Shown here piece by piece: positions 23,384 through 35,100 of a DNA stretch of 64,000 nt. How positions within the stretch are numbered: the first letter of the stretch is position 1; each line of letters opens with the position of its first letter. The stretch comes from Eledone cirrhosa (taxonomy: Eukaryota), in NCBI GenBank assembly GCA_964016885.1, contig OZ024747.1:29202001-29266000 (forward strand), written 5' to 3'. The notes under the pieces were generated by a model, which was not told the DNA's origin, did no database searches, and was given only the letters and a program-made list of their open reading frames with translations. Both the position numbers and the translations under genes were made by a program.

Positions 23384-24024
23384 TGTGTGTGAAAGAGTCA
23401 TTTCTCAATCTTGTGTTGTGAAAGAGTCATTTCTCAATCTTGGCGCAAAACCAATTTTTTATTCACATGACCTCTACCGACCAATCAAAATTGTTTTGAC
23501 CACAAGAATTGTTGCTGGAGCCACTTTTTTAACATAAAAACAGTCTTGGCGCAAAATCAATTTTTTACACTCACATGACTTCTACCGACCAATCAAAATT
23601 GTTTTGACCACAAGAAATTTTGCAACACCAAAGTAACGCTGGAGCCACTTTTTTAACATAAAAACAGGTAGAATTCCCAAAACTAATCAGATCAGAGCAA
23701 ACAGCACGGACACTCTATCTCAAAATTATTTTTGAAAAGCATTTAGAAATGCGCAACCGGTAACAAGTTAAAAACTTAAAACCACAACTGAATACTAACC
23801 CATACAATCACTAATACTCTTTTATTCCTAATTAAACCATTTTTCAACTGTGAACAATTTGTCAGCATTTTCTATTCAGTTTACCAATATATATATATTT
23901 ATTTGCTTGTTTGTTTATTTTATTTTGTCTTCTTTGCGCATGAGTTATATTGTATCTGTATTATATATATCGGCGATGAATTAGTTTAGCGAGGTTTTTT
24001 ATATGAAATCGTGTGTCGAAACAA

Positions 24025-24572
24025 ATATTGTTATACTTGGGGAGGGTCATATTTGTGTAATATTGCCAGAATTAATAACAGAACACACTCACTGTTTGGT
24101 TGGTTTTCGCTTCTCGCTGTCTTTTATATCTGCGATCTAACTTAATCGGTCCTCAATGTTGCCATTGACTGACCGACGGTCAAAAATAATACAGATACAA
24201 TATAGACACAAACACATATATATAGTTTACATAATTTACATAAATCTTTCGTTGCACATCTGCAACATCGTCAGTGGTGTTATATTTTTTCCTCCTGTTG
24301 TGTTGTATGTCTACGCCATTTTTTATTCAGTCTGTCTATATATTTATTTATTTATTTATTTGCTTGTTTGTTTATTTTATTTTGTCTTCTTTGTGCATGA
24401 GTATCTGTATTATTTTTGACCGTCGGTCAGTCAATGGCAACACTGAGGACCGATCAAGTTAGATCGCAGATATAAAAGACAGCGAGAAGCGAAAACCAAC
24501 CAAACAGTGTGTGTTCTGTTATTAATTCTGGCAATATTACACAAATATGACCCTCCCCAAGTATAACAATAT
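24025..24572. repeat. ~172-bp inverted repeat (24025-24198 / 24401-24572) with ~200-bp spacer
   Basis: atattgttatacttggggagggtc...aatacagatac versus gtatctgtatt...gaccctccccaagtataacaatat. Confidence 0.9.
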
Positions 24573-24574
24573 AT

Positions 24575-24845
24575 ATATATATCTATACTTATATATATCT
24601 ATATATCTATATATATCTATATATCTATACTATAAATGTGTGTATGTATAAATACGTGTGTATGTATAAATACGTGTGTATGTATAAATATGTGTATGTA
24701 TAAATACGTGTGTATGTATAAATACGTGTGTATGTATAATTACGCGTGTATGTATAAATACGTGTGTATGTATAAATACGTGTGTATGTATAAATACGTG
24801 TGTATGTATAATACGTGTGTATGTATAAATACGTGTGTAAATACG
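24575..24845. repeat. AT-rich tract plus 18-bp minisatellite (ACGTGTGTATGTATAAAT)
   Basis: Reverse complement of 22226-22410, with more units. Confidence 0.88.
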
Positions 24846-24944
24846 TTGTAAAGCGACTTGTTAAGGAAAAAATGCTATTTAAGACAAGAGAAAAAACTTT
24901 AAATTGATTTTCTAGTAAATTAATTTAAAATGTGTATGATTATT

Positions 24945-25529
24945 CTGATGATGATGGTGATGATGGTGATGATGGTGATAATAGTGATGATGGTGATGAT
25001 AGTGATGATGGTGATGATGATGATGATGGTGATGATGGTGATGATGATGATGGTGATGATGATGATGGTGATGATGGTGATGATGGTGATGATAGTGATG
25101 ATGGTGATGATGGTGATGATGGTGATGATAGTGATGATGGTGATGATGGTGATGATGATGATGGTGATGATGTTGATGGTGATGATGGTGATGGTGATGA
25201 TGGTGATGATGATGATGGTGATGATGGTGATGATGGTGATGATAGTGATGATGGTGATGATGGTGATGATGGTGATGATAGTGATGATGGTGATGATGGT
25301 GATGATGATGATGGTGATGATGTTGATGGTGATGATGGTGATGGTGATGATGGTGATTATGTGAAAAAAGGGGGCGCAGAAGGATCAGGATGGTGATGGT
25401 TCTCATAATGATAATTATAACAACAATAATTATGATGACGTTGATAACAGTCATCATCGTTATCATCATCATCATCATCATCACCACCACCAACACCACC
25501 ACCACATCATCAGCATCATCAACACCACC

Positions 25530-25560
<31 letters not shown>

Positions 25561-25665
25561 CCACCACCACCACCACCACCACCACCACCACCACCACCAC
25601 CATGACCACATTCTCCCCCCCTCCCCTCCGCCTCCTCCTCATCATCACCATCATCATCATCGCCA
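24945..25665. repeat. (GAT/GGT)n, (CAT)n and (CAC)n trinucleotide repeats
   Basis: Read directly from sequence. Confidence 0.95.
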
Positions 25666-25667
25666 TT

Positions 25668-27552
25668 ATCCTTCTTATTACTCCTTCTTATTAAATAAAG
25701 GAATCATTACTAATGGAATAACTACTTATTAAATAAAGGAATCATTACTAATGGAATAACTCCTTCTTATTAAATAAAGGAATCATTACTAATGGAATAA
25801 CTCCTTCTTATTAAATAAAGGAATCATTACTAATGGAATAACTCCTTCTTATTAAATAAACGAATCATTACAAATGGAATAACTCCTTCTTATTAAATAA
25901 AGGAATCATTACTAATGGAATAACTCCTTCTTATTAAATAAACGAATCATTACAAATGGAATAACTCCTTCTTATTAAATAAAGGAATCATTACTAATGG
26001 AATAACTCCTTCTTATTAAATAAAGGAATCATTACAAATGGAATAACTCCTTCTTATTAAATAAAGGAACCATTACTAATGGAATAACTCCTTCTTATTA
26101 AATAAAGGAACCATTACTAATGGAATAACTCCTTCTTATTAAATAAAGGAATCATTACTAATGGAATAACTCCTGCTTATTAAATAAAGGAATCATTACT
26201 AATGGAATAACTCATTCTTATTAAATAAAGGAACCATTACTAATGGAATAACTCTTTCTTATTAAATAAAGGAACCATTACTAATGGAATAACTCCTTCT
26301 TATTAAATAAAGGAATCATTACAAATGGAATAACTCCTTCTTATTAAATAAAGGAACCTTTACTAATGAAATAACTCCTTCTTATTAAATAAAGGAATCA
26401 TTACTAATGGAATAACTCCTTATTAAATAAAGGTATAATTACTAATGGAATAACTACTTCTTATTAAATAAAGGAACCATTACTAATGGAATAACTCCTT
26501 ATTAAATAAAGGAATCATTACTAATGGAATAACTCCTTCTTATTAAATAAAGGAATCATTACTAATGGAATAACTCCTTCTTATTAAATAAAGGAATCAT
26601 TACTAATGGAATAACTCCTTCTTATTAAATAAAGGAATCATTACTAATGGAATAACTCCTTCTTATTAAATAAACGAATCATTACAAATGGAATAACTCC
26701 TTCTTATTAAATAAAGGAATCATTACTAATGGAATAACTCCTTCTTATTAAATAAACGAATCATTACAAATGGAATAACTCCTTCTTATTAAATAAAGGA
26801 ATCATTACTAATGGAATAACTCCTTCTTATTAAATAAAGGAATCATTACAAATGGAATAACTCCTTCTTATTAAATAAAGGAACCATTACTAATGGAATA
26901 ACTCCTTCTTATTAAATAAAGGAACCATTACTAATGGAATAACTCCTTCTTATTAAATAAAGGAATCATTACAAATGGAATAACTCCTGCTTATTAAATA
27001 AAGGAATCATTACTAATGGAATAACTCATTCTTATTAAATAAAGGAACCATTACTAATGGAATAACTCTTTCTTATTAAATAAAGGAACCATTACTAATG
27101 GAATAACTCCTTCTTATTAAATAAAGGAATCATTACAAATGGAATAACTCCTTCTTATTAAATAAAGGAACCTTTACTAATGAAATAACTCCTTCTTATT
27201 AAATAAAGGAATCATTACTAATGGAATAACTCCTTATTAAATAAAGGTATAATTACTAATGGAATAACTACTTCTTATTAAATAAAGGAACCATTACTAA
27301 TGGAATAACTCCTTATTAAATAAAGGAATAATTACTAATGGAATAACTCCTTCTTATTAAATAAAGGAATCATTACTAATGGAATAACTACTTCTTATTA
27401 AATAAAGGAATCATTACTAATGGAATAACTACTTCTTATTAAATAAAGGAATCATTACAAATGGAATAACTACTTCTTATTAAATAAAGGAGCCATTACA
27501 AATGGAATAACCCCTTCTTATTAAATAAAGGAATCATTACTAATGGAATAAC
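25668..27552. repeat. 41-bp AT-rich minisatellite, about 46 units, with an 814-bp higher-order duplication
   Basis: Unit CTCCTTCTTATTAAATAAAGGAATCATTACTAATGGAATAA, with 38-bp variants. The diagnostic AACGAATC variant recurs at 25861 and 26675. Confidence 0.95.
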
Positions 27553-27625
27553 CACACACTAATTTCCATGAACAAATATTCTTTCCGGTTGTTAGTTGTC
27601 ACAATTTGGTTTACTAGGATTGCGA

Positions 27626-27740
27626 TAATAATTGTTTCAATTTTTGGCACAAGACCAGCAATTACGTAGTGCATTACTGGTACTTTATTTTATTGACGCC
27701 TTAAGGATGAAAGGCAAAGTTAACCTCGGCGGGATTTGAA
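27626..27740 (-). mobile_element. SINE fragment (B-box to 3' tail, internally deleted)
   Basis: Reverse complement matches 18652-18795 (ttcaaatcccgccgagg...aaaataaagtaccag...gctggtcttgtgccaaaa). Confidence 0.8.
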
Positions 27741-27744
27741 TTAC

Positions 27745-28368
27745 GATAATAATGATGGTGATGATGATGTTGATGATGATGATAATGGTGATGGTGATGG
27801 TGATAATGGTGGTGATAATGACATTGATGAAGATAATAATGATGATAATGATGATGTTGATGATGATGTTAATGATTTGATGATGATAATGATGTTGTTG
27901 ATGATAATGATGTTGATGAAGATGATAATGATGATGGTGATGATGATAATGATGTTGATGGTGATGATAAAGATGTTGATAGTGATGATAATGATGTTGA
28001 TGGTGAGATAATGATATTGATGCTAATGATGATGGTGATGATGATAATGATGTTGATGGTGATAATGATGTTGATGATGATGTTGTTGATGATGATAATG
28101 ATGATGGTGATGGTGATGATGATGTTGATGATGACGATGATGATGATAATAATGATGGTGATGATGATATTGATGATGATAATGATATTGATGGTGCTGA
28201 TGATGAGGTTGATGGTGATGATAATTATGAGGTTGATGATAATGATGAGGTTGATGATGATGAAAATGAGGTTCATGGTAATAATAAACATTGATGACGA
28301 TAGTAATGAAGACAGTGATGAAAATAATGAATGATGATGCTGATAATGTTGCTGCTGCTGATGATGAT
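27745..28368. repeat. Degenerate (GAT)n low-complexity tract
   Basis: Read directly from sequence. Confidence 0.93.
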
Positions 28369-28369
28369 T

Positions 28370-28557
28370 TGGCTGGGAGAAAGGAAAGTCAGTTAAATCG
28401 ACCCCAGTATTGGACTGGTACTTTATTTTATCGATCCCGGAAGGATGAAAGACAAAATTGACTTAAGCGAGATTTGAACACAGAACATAAAGATCAGGAA
28501 CAAATACTACACAACATTCTCCCGACCCTCTAAAGCTTCTGCCAATCTACCGCCTTT
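28370..28557 (-). mobile_element. Diverged SINE of the same family, lacking the 3' tail
   Basis: Reverse complement reads ggcggtagattggcagaa...gttcaaatct...ctttcatcctt..ggatcgataaaataaagtaccag. Confidence 0.8.
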
Positions 28558-28700
28558 TTGATGATTATAATGATGTTGATAATGATATTGATGGCGATAA
28601 TGATGATGGTGACAAGTGGGAATACAATACTTTTATTGATTTCCTAACAAGAACAAAATAATAACAAATAAGTTAGGAACAAAATAACAAAACAAACCAA

Positions 28701-28842
<142 letters not shown>

Positions 28843-28929
28843 TGACAAATATCATTTCTTTCAAAAATAACGTGAGAAATTTAAATTATTTAGGAATTTC
28901 TCTTATTTCATACGATTAATTAAATTACT

Positions 28930-29160
28930 CCTCGGTTGACGCCCAAAACGAGCGCCTTCCCGCCCGGGCGGCGTAAAAGTCTGTGCCTTTTCGCCGAACG
29001 TCTCGCGCCGACGCCTCCTCCTCGCCTCTTTTTTTTTCTTTTCTTTAGTTTTCGTTCGCTCGCCGAACCTCGGCCTCGACGACTAGCCGCCTTTCGTGTT
29101 CCGAAAGCAAGAGCTCACGGTAAAAGCTACAGAGCCTTGGGATCCGTCTCCTGGTTCGAG
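28930..29160. other. Unique CpG-rich segment with a pyrimidine tract, abutting the satellite
   Basis: Abrupt AT-rich to GC/CpG-rich switch at ~28930; T-rich run at 29029-29052. Confidence 0.6.
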
Positions 29161-32100
29161 TGGCGCGTGTGTCTTACACGCCGCCGATCCATCGTCCGTC
29201 TTCCGAGTTAGTTTTACGTGCGGCTGTGCGTGTGACACTCCGTCGTCCATCTTCCAAGTTAGTTTTGCGTGTCTCTGTGTGTTACACACCGCCGCCGATC
29301 CGTCATCCGTCTTCCAAGTTAGTTTTACTTCTGGCTGTGCGTGTGACACTGTCGTCCGTCTTCCAAGTTAGTTTTACGTGCGGCTGTGCGTGTGACACTC
29401 CGTCGTCCATCTTCCAAGTTAGTTTTGCGTGTCTCTGTGTGTTGCACGCCGCCGCCGATCCGTCGTCCGTCTTCCAAGTTAGTTTTACGTGCGGCTGTGC
29501 GTGTGACACTCTGTCGTCCGTCTTCCAAGTTAGTTTTGCGTGTCTCTGTGTGTTACACGGCGCCGCCGATCCGTCGCCCGTCTTCCAAGTTAGTTTTCCG
29601 TGCGGCTGTGCGTGACATTCTGTCGTCCGTCTTCCAAGTTAGTTTTACGTGTAGACGGCGTGTGTGTGTCTCTGTGTGTGCTACACGCCGCCGATCCGCC
29701 GTCCGTCTTCCAAGTTAGTTTTACGTGTAAACGGCGTGTGTGTGTGTCTGTGTGTGTTACACGCCGCCGATCCGTCGTCCGTCTTCCAAGTTAGTTTTAC
29801 CTGTAGACGGCGTGTGTGTGTGTCTGTGTGTGTTACACGCCGCCGATCCGTCGTCCGTCTTCCAAGTTAGTTTTACTCCTGGCTGTGCGTGTGACACTCT
29901 GTCGTCCGTCTTCCAAGTTAGTTTTACGTGCGGCTGTGCATGTGACACTCTGTCGTCCGTCTTCAAAGTTAGTTTTACTTATGGTTGTGCGTGTGACGAC
30001 ACTCTATCGTCCGTATTCCAAGTTAGCTTTACGTGTAGACGGCGATGTGTGTTTCTGTGTGTGTTACACGCCGCCGATCCGTCGTCCGTCTTCCAAGTTA
30101 GTTTTACGTGTAGACGGCGTGTGTGTGTCTGTGTGTGTTACATGCCGCCGATCCGTCGTCCGTCTTCCAAGTTAGTTTTACTTCTGGCTGTGCGTGTGAC
30201 ACTCCGTCGTCCATCTTCCAAGTTAGTTTTGCGTGTCTCTGTGTGTTGCACGCCGCCGCCGATCCGTCGTCCGTCTTCCAAGTTAGTTTTACGTGCGGCT
30301 GTGCGTGTGACACTCTGTCGTCCGTCTTCCAAGTTAGTTTTGCGTGTCTCTGTGTGCTACACGGCGCCGCCGATCCGTCGCCCGTCTTCCAAGTTAGTTT
30401 TCCGTGCGGCTGTGCGTGACATTCTGTCGTCCGTCTTCCAAGTTAGTTTTACGTGTAGACGGCGTGTGTGTGTCTCTGTGTGTGCTACACGCCGCCGATC
30501 CGCCGTCCGTCTTCCAAGTTAGTTTTACGTGTAAACGGCGTGTGTGTGTGTCTGTGTGTGTTACACGCCGCCGATCCGTCGTCCGTCTTCCAAGTTAGTT
30601 TTACCTGTAGACGGCGTGTGTGTGTGTCTGTGTGTGTTACACGCCGCCGATCCGTCGTCCGTCTTCCAAGTTAGTTTTAATCATGGCTGTGCGTGTGACA
30701 CTCTGTCGTCCGTCTTCCAAGTTAGTTTTACGTGCGGCTGTGCATGTGACACTCTGTCGTCCGTCTTCAAAGTTAGTTTTACTTATGGTTGTGCGTGTGA
30801 CGACACTCTATCGTCCGTATTCCAAGTTAGCTTTACGTGTAGACGGCGATGTGTGTTTCTGTGTGTGTTACACGCCGCCGATCCGTCGTCCGTCTTCCAA
30901 GTTAGTTTTACGTGTAGACGGCGTGTGTGTGTCTGTGTGTGTTACATGCCGCCGATCCGTCGTCCGTCTTCCAAGTTAGTTTTACTTCTGGCTGTGCGTG
31001 TGACACTCCGTCGTCCATCTTCCAAGTTAGTTTTGCGTGTCTCTGTGTGTTGCACGCCGCCGCCGATCCGTCGTCCGTCTTCCAAGTTAGTTTTACGTGC
31101 GGCTGTGCGTGTGACACTCTGTCGTCCGTCTTCCAAGTTAGTTTTGCGTGTCTCTGTGTGCTACACGGCGCCGCCGATCCGTCGCCCGTCTTCCAAGTTA
31201 GTTTTCCGTGCGGCTGTGCGTGACATTCTGTCGTCCGTCTTCCAAGTTAGTTTTACGTGTAGACGGCGTGTGTGTGTCTCTGTGTGTGCTACACGCCGCC
31301 GATCCGCCGTCCGTCTTCCAAGTTAGTTTTACGTGTAAACGGCGTGTGTGTGTGTCTGTGTGTGTTACACGCCGCCGATCCGTCGTCCGTCTTCCAAGTT
31401 AGTTTTACCTGTAGACGGCGTGTGTGTGTGTCTGTGTGTGTTACACGCCGCCGATCCGTCGTCCGTCTTCCCAGTTAGTTTTACTCCTGGCTGTGCGTGT
31501 GACACTCTGTCGTCCGTCTTCCAAGTTAGTTTTAAGTGCGGCTGTGCATGTGACACTCTGTCGTCCGTCTTCAAAGTTAGTTTTACTTCTGGTTGTGCGT
31601 GTAACGATACTCTATCGTCCGTATTCCAAGTTAGCTTTACGTGTAGACGGCGATGTGTGTTTCTGTGTGTGTTACACGCCGCCGATCCGTCGTCCGTCTT
31701 CCAAGTTAGTTTTACGTGTAGACGGCGTGTGTGTGTGTCTGTGTGTGTCACACGCCGCTGATCCGTCGTCGAAGTTAGTTTTACGTCTGGCCGGGCGTGT
31801 GACGAGACTCTGTCGTCCGTCTTCCAAGTTACTTTTACGTGTAGACGGCGTGTGTGTGTGTGTCTGTGTGTGTGTTACACGCCGCCGATCCGTCATCCAT
31901 CTTCCAAGTTAGCTTTACGTGTAGACGGCGTGTGTGTCTGTCTGTGTGTGTTACACGCCGCCGATCCGTCGTCCGTCTTCAAAGTTAGTTTTACGTGTAG
32001 ACGGCCTGTGTGTGTGTCTGTGTGTGTTACACGCCGCCGATCCGTCGTCCTTCTTCCAAGTTAGTTTTACTTCTGGCTGTGCGTGTGACGACACCCTGTC

Positions 32101-35100
32101 CTCCGTCTTCTAAGTTAGTTTTACTTCTGGCTGTGCGTGTGACGACACTCTGTCGTCCGTCTTCCAAGTTAGTTTTACGTGTAGACGGCGTGTGTGTGTG
32201 TCTGTGTGTGTTACCCGCCGCCGATCCGTCGTCCGTCTTCCAAATTAGTTTCACGTGTAGACGGCGTGTGTGTGTATCTGTGTGTGTTACACGCCGCCGA
32301 TCCGTCGTCCGTCTTACAAGTTAGTTTTACGTGTACACGGCGCGTGTGTGTGTGTCTGTGTGTGTTACGCGCCGCCGATCCGTCGTCCGTCTTCCAAATT
32401 AGTTTTACCTGTAGACGGCGTGTGTGTCTGTGTGAGTTACACGCCGCCGATCCGTCGTCCGTCTTCCAAGTTAGTTTTACATGTAGACGGCGTGTGTGTG
32501 TGTCTGTGTGTGTTACACGCCGCCGATGCGAAATATTTACTGTGCGTGTGACACTCTGTCGTCCGTCTTCCAAGTTAGTTTTACGTGTAGACGGCGTGTG
32601 TGTGTGTCTGTGTGTGTTACACGCCGCCGATCCGTCATCCGTCTTCCAAGTTAGTTTTAAGTGTAGACGGCGTGTGTGACTGTGTGTGTTACACACCGCC
32701 GATCCTTCGTCCGTCATCCAAATTAGTTTTACGTGTAGACGGCGTGTGTGTGTGTCTGTGTGTGTTACATGCCGCCGATCCGTCGTCCGTCTTCCAAGTT
32801 AGTTTTACGTGTAGACGGCGTGTGTGTGTGTCTGTGTGTGTTACACGCCGCCGATCCGAAATATTTACTGTGCGTGTGACACTCTGTCGTCCGTCTTCCA
32901 AGTTAGTATTACGTGCGGCTGTGCGTGTGACACTCTGTCGTCCGTCTTCCAAGTTAGTTTTACTTCTGGCTGTGCGTGTGACGACACTCTGTCGTCCGTC
33001 TTCCAAGTTAGTTTTACGTGTAGACGGCGTGTGTGTGTGTCTGTGTGTGTTACCCGCCGCCGATCCGTCGTCCGTCTTCCAAATTAGTTTCACGTGTAGA
33101 CGGCGTGTGTGTGTATCTGTGTGTGTTACACGCCGCCGATCCGTCGTCCGTCTTCCAAGTTAGTTTTACGTGTACACGGCGCGTGTGTGTGTGTCTGTGT
33201 GTGTTACGCGCCGCCGATCCGTCGTCCGTCTTCCAAATTAGTTTTACGTGTAGACGGCATTTGTTTGTGTCTGTGTGAGTTACACACCGCCGATCCTTCG
33301 TCCGTCATCCAAATTAGTTTTACGTGTAGACGGCGTGTGTGTGTGTCTGCGTGTGTTACATGCCGCCGATCCGTCGTCCGTCTTCCAAGTTAGTTTTACG
33401 TGGAGACGGCGTGTGTGTGTCTGTGTGTGTTACACGCCGCCGATCCGTCGTCCGTCTTCCAAGTTAGTGTTACGTGGAGACGGCGTGTGTGTGTCTGTGT
33501 GTGTTACACGCCGCCGATCCGTCGTCCGTCTTCCAAGTTAGTTTTACGTGTAGACGGCGTGTCTATCTGTGTGTGTTACACACCGCCGATCCTTCGTCCG
33601 TCATCCAAATTAGTTTTACGTGTAGACGGCGTGTGTGTGTCTGTGTGTGTTACATGCCGCCGATCCGTCGTCCGTCTTCCAAGTTAGTTTTACTTCTGGC
33701 TGTGCGTGTGACACTCCGTCGTCCATCTTCCAAGTTAGTTTTGCGTGTCTCTGTGTGTTGCACGCCGCCGCCGATCCGTCGTCCGTCTTCCAAGTTAGTT
33801 TTACGTGCGGCTGTGCGTGTGACACTCTGTCGTCCGTCTTCCAAGTTAGTTTTGAGTGTCTATGTGTGTTACACGGCGCCGCGAATCCGTCGCCCGTCTT
33901 CCAAGTTAGTTTTCCGTGCGGCTGTGCGTGACATTCTGTCGTCCGTCTTCCAAGTTAATTTTACGTGTAGACGGTGTGTGTGTGTCTCTGTGTGTGCTAC
34001 ACGCCGCCGATCCGCCGTCCGTCTTCCAAGTTAGTTTTACGTGTAAACGGCGTGTGTGTGTGTCTGTGTGTGTTACACGCCGCCGATCCGTCGTCCGTCT
34101 TCCAAGTTAGTTTTACCTGTAGACGGCGTGTGTGTGTGTCTGTGTGTGTTACACGCCGCCGATCCGTCGTCCGTCTTCCAAGTCAGTTTTACTCCTGGCT
34201 GTGCGTGTGACACTCTGTCGTCCGTCTTCCAAGTTAGTTTTACGTGCGGCTGTGCATGTGACACTCTGTCGTCCGTCTTCAAAGTTAGTTTTACTTCTGG
34301 TTGTGCGTGTGACGACACTCTATCGTCCGTATTCCAAGTTAGCTTTACGTGTAGACGGCGATGTGTGTTTCTGTATGCGTTACACGCCGCCGATCCGTCG
34401 TCCGTCTTCCAAGTTAGTTTTACGTGTAGACGGCGTGTGTGTGTGTCTGTGTGTGTTACACGCCGCCGATCCGTCGTCGAAGTTAGTTTTACGTCTGGCC
34501 GGGCGTGTGACGAGACTCTGTCGTCCGTCTTCCAAGTTACTTTTACGTGTAGACGGCGTGTGTGTGTGTGTCTGTGTGTGTGTTACACGCCGCCGAACCG
34601 TCATCCGTCTTCCAAGTTAGCTTTACGTGTAGACGTCGTGTGTGTCTGTCTGTGTGTGTTACACGCCGCCGATCCGTCGTCCGTCTTCAAAGTTAGTTTT
34701 ACGTGTAGACGGCCTGTGTGTGTGTCTGTGTGTGTTACACGCCGCCGATCCGTCGTCCTTCTTCCAAGTTAGTTTTACTTCTGGCTGTGCGTGTGACGAC
34801 ACCCTGTCCTCCGTCTTCTAAGTTAGTTTTACTTCTGGCTGTGCGTGTGACGACACTCTGTCGTCCGTCTTCCAAGTTAGTTTTACGTGTAGACGGCGTG
34901 TGTGTGTGTCTGTGTGTGTTACCCGCCGCCGATCCGTCGTCCGTCTTCCAAATTAGTTTCACGTGTAGACGGCGTGTGTGTGTATCTGTGTGTGTTACAC
35001 GCCGCCGATCCGTCGTCCGTCTTCCAAGTTAGTGTTACGTGTACACGGCGCGTGTGTGTGTGTCTGTGTGTGTTACGCGCCGCCGATCCGTCGTCCGTCT

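Noticed and set aside
24440-24500. Second hammerhead candidate (CTGAGGA-CGATC/GATCG)
   Set aside because: No GAAA directly follows stem II, and stems I and III are not convincing. The inverted copy has TTGAGGA.
24912-25666. Poly-His, poly-Asp/Gly and poly-Pro ORFs
   Set aside because: Trinucleotide repeats are open in several frames, with no unique coding sequence or splice evidence.
27736-28334. Met/Ile/Asp-rich ORFs
   Set aside because: Degenerate (GAT)n low-complexity DNA.
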